The notes under the pieces were generated by a model. That model ran no database searches, was not told the DNA's origin, and worked only from the letters and a program-made list of their open reading frames with translations. This document shows, piece after piece, positions 61,522-64,000 of a stretch of 64,000 nt of DNA. How positions within the stretch are numbered: position 1 is the stretch's first letter; each line of letters opens with the position of its first letter. The DNA lies in contig CBFFRP010000369.1 of assembly GCA_965644295.1 (NCBI GenBank), positions 1 through 64,000 on the forward strand, written 5' to 3'. Source of the stretch: Paraphysomonas bandaiensis. Lineage: Eukaryota > Protista > Chrysophyceae. The position numbers and the translations under genes were made by a program.

Positions 61522-61911
61522 TCAACTTATATCCAGTGTCTGTTCAAGCTGCAAAATAGCCGCATTGACGTTAATGCTTTCCCTCGTAAATGCACCCAAT
61601 GAATCTTCCGCATCTCGTAAACGCTTGTGTAAATCATCTAGAGAGCGCTGCTCCCGATTTAATTCACTAGTAAGTTCATTCATGGTCTCAACAGATAGGT
61701 TCGTCGATCTTCTCCACCTCTGATACAGTTTAGACTAAGAAAATTAAAGCGATAAGCAGTAAACCTGTAATAATCTTCCAAGATCTCGCGCCAATGTTTC
61801 GCATTCTCTTTGATCGTAATCCTGCTTCAAACTCTGGCGCTCAAGATCTCTAATTATCGCTAGCCCTCTGTTCTCGATGTTATTATGATGACGACAAATT
61901 TCGTTAGCCAT
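61522..61911 (-). CDS. Small coiled-coil protein, about 115 aa (intron 61720-61764)
   Basis: In-frame splicing of MANEIC...LGRLLQ to RWRRSTNLSVETMNELTSEL...LEQTLDIS*; heptad pattern. Confidence 0.65.
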
Positions 61912-63235
61912 GTAGTTGAATGACTTAAAGATGGTGAGGTGCACAACTCTTGTCTGAAATAACTATGCTTATCACTGCTGTCAGTGGGACGATGGAATAG
62001 GACGGTTAGGATGTGGAGTTGTCGTATAGTATGGTATGGTATAGTATGGTGTGTGGTATAGTAGACTAGGAACTTCCTACAGGCAGATACAGTGTAAGCT
62101 TATAGAATAGCGATTGGAAACCTAACGTATCACCTGTATACTCTATGTATACAGCTCCACCCTACACTCCTAAGGTATTGTATTCTTATTCCTCTGTAGT
62201 CTATGTATTCTATAGTACAATGCCGTACGATATCAGTTGAATCTCTTGTGCTGTGCTGCTCTTGTGTACGTATGTGTAGGCAGCAGCAGGAGTACAATGC
62301 AGCGTAGGTGTGTATAGAGTACAGCGCACAACACGCACTCTCTCTCTGTGTATATATGTATGTATATGTCAGTTGATCTACTATAATTACACGCTCTCTC
62401 TTAGTATCAACACAACACTCCTTCTTTATCTCACTCCATGCGTTGAACATATCACTCATGCACTATACATCAGTGTGTTTATTCATATCGTGTAATTTTA
62501 TTAGAAGTTAGCTGAGATATGCTTCTCATCGAATAACAACACCGTCATAGTGCTTCTGTTGATCTGTGGACTGGCTGAGTCACTGCTATTGATTCAGCAA
62601 TCAGTAGCTTTGAGTTTAGTGTTAATATATCGCATATATAATATCTGGAGTTATGAGTAGTGAGTACTCAGCGTTGAGCACGGGCGATCTGTGTACGGCA
62701 ATAGATTCTATGCCACCTGCCCCTCCCCCTGACAGTAGCCCAGCTATAAGTGGTAGGGGTGTATTGTAGCCGCCTTTTTTCTTAGATTTTGTTGTATGTA
62801 GACTCTGCTGTGTTGGATGCAATTAAGTTGGAAGAGACTGAATCTCTTTCGCCCTCTCCTGTACGTGACACCAACGGCTGTGTCGCCATGACGATAACTG
62901 GGTCACCTAAGACCCCTCGTAGCAGGTATATACATATATATGTATACATATTTATATGACTAATTATTGGTGTAGTCAAAAGAAGAAGCGTCCAACCCTG
63001 TTAACCACGGATGATAGTCTCTCGGACATTAAATATGACCTCATGTAAGTACGCGACGTATCTAGTACAAATGGTCCCGTTACGCATCATATGTATTCGT
63101 GAATCACACAACACTGTGTATAGGCGCCGCAGTAAACGAGGAGCATTCGATAGCCCTGTGTCTTATCAGTCAGGCAGCCCCACCAGTGCAGAGAAAAGTA
63201 TGTCGACGTCCAATATATAAACCGTAAAATGACTA

Positions 63236-64000
63236 ATGCTACTGTCCACCATAGCTGGTGCATTTGCTTCTCCTGAAATTTCTCCAAAATCTCGTAGAGG
63301 TTCTAAAAGTTTAAATTCCCCTAGCGGAAGCAGGAGAAGCTCGTTTGAAAACAAGCCATCCACAGTGAAGCACACTTATAAGTATGATATGGTTAAGTGG
63401 TGCTTACTCTGCTTAACGTTGTAAACCACTGTAGAGCGAATTCAATTATGGATCGTGCGAAGCAATTGTCTGTAAATGATTACCACTTTCTGAAGACTAT
63501 TGGAAAGGTAACAATAAGAGCATGTATCGCTGATGGTTACCCTCTGTATAGGGAGCGTTTGCAGAGGTAAAGCTAGCGGCTAAATTAGACGAGCCAATGA
63601 AAGCTGGCTGCATTCCTGAAGAGCGGTAGACATAGTCCATAGTTTATGTATAGATGAGTATGATAATCTGTGATAGGTATGCTATCAAGATTATAAAGAA
63701 AAACTTCCTCCAAGACAAACGTACGGTAAAGTTTAAGGCGCGTGGAAGCGGTGCCAACTCATCCCCAATATCTATTGGGGCTTCCCCACAAAGAAATACA
63801 CCTGAGGAGGTGCGATTTTAACATTAATATTATAGTATTTTGACATGTATCATGCTGTCTAATTCAATGCACTGAGTACTGACTGGTGTGTGTCACCACG
63901 GACAGATTAAACAGGTGCCGGACGAAGTGCTCCAGGAGATCAGTATAATGAAACACCTGGTTCACCCGCAGTTGGTGAAACTGCACGAAATCATTGATGA
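63236..64000 (+). CDS. Ser/Thr kinase, CaMKK-like, N-terminal part (runs off the window)
   Basis: Spliced VNDYHFLKTIGKGAFAEVKLA, YAIKIIKK and EVLQEISIMKHLVHPQLVKLHEIID, with a basic/Pro insert between subdomains II and III. Confidence 0.8.

Noticed and set aside
62622-62979. Small minus-strand ORFs upstream of the terminal kinase
   Set aside because: Short, no domain and no convincing splice model.

Overview
Eukaryotic, gene-dense DNA with many short (about 45-65 bp) GT-AG introns. Gene content and style suggest a stramenopile/ochrophyte protist, but that is inference. About 17 protein genes are supported: a giant NHL/REJ single-pass receptor, an RsuA-type pseudouridine synthase, APC4, NAA35/Mak10, a TPR-PDK1-like kinase-CPPED1-like phosphoesterase fusion, SRP19, a PqaA/AprA-family hydrolase, a Slo/BK-type K+ channel, a C2H2 zinc-finger protein, a HAD-macro-CaaX protein, a secreted methyltransferase-like protein, two divergent FG-GAP membrane proteins, a PX protein, a myristoylated EF-hand protein, a small coiled-coil protein and the start of a CaMKK-like kinase. 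Mobile DNA: a 5'-truncated RNase H-bearing LINE with a 13-bp TSD; four short dispersed copies of a related structured 3' end; a decayed copia element with apparently identical LTRs nested in a hAT MITE; a second hAT MITE; and a hAT transposase remnant. Main leads: (i) all three long (TATG/CATA)n arrays fill head-to-head promoter regions; (ii) the kinase fused to a probable pseudophosphatase; (iii) a LINE 3' RNA element whose fold appears conserved while its sequence diverges. Exon boundaries, alignments and folds were read by eye.
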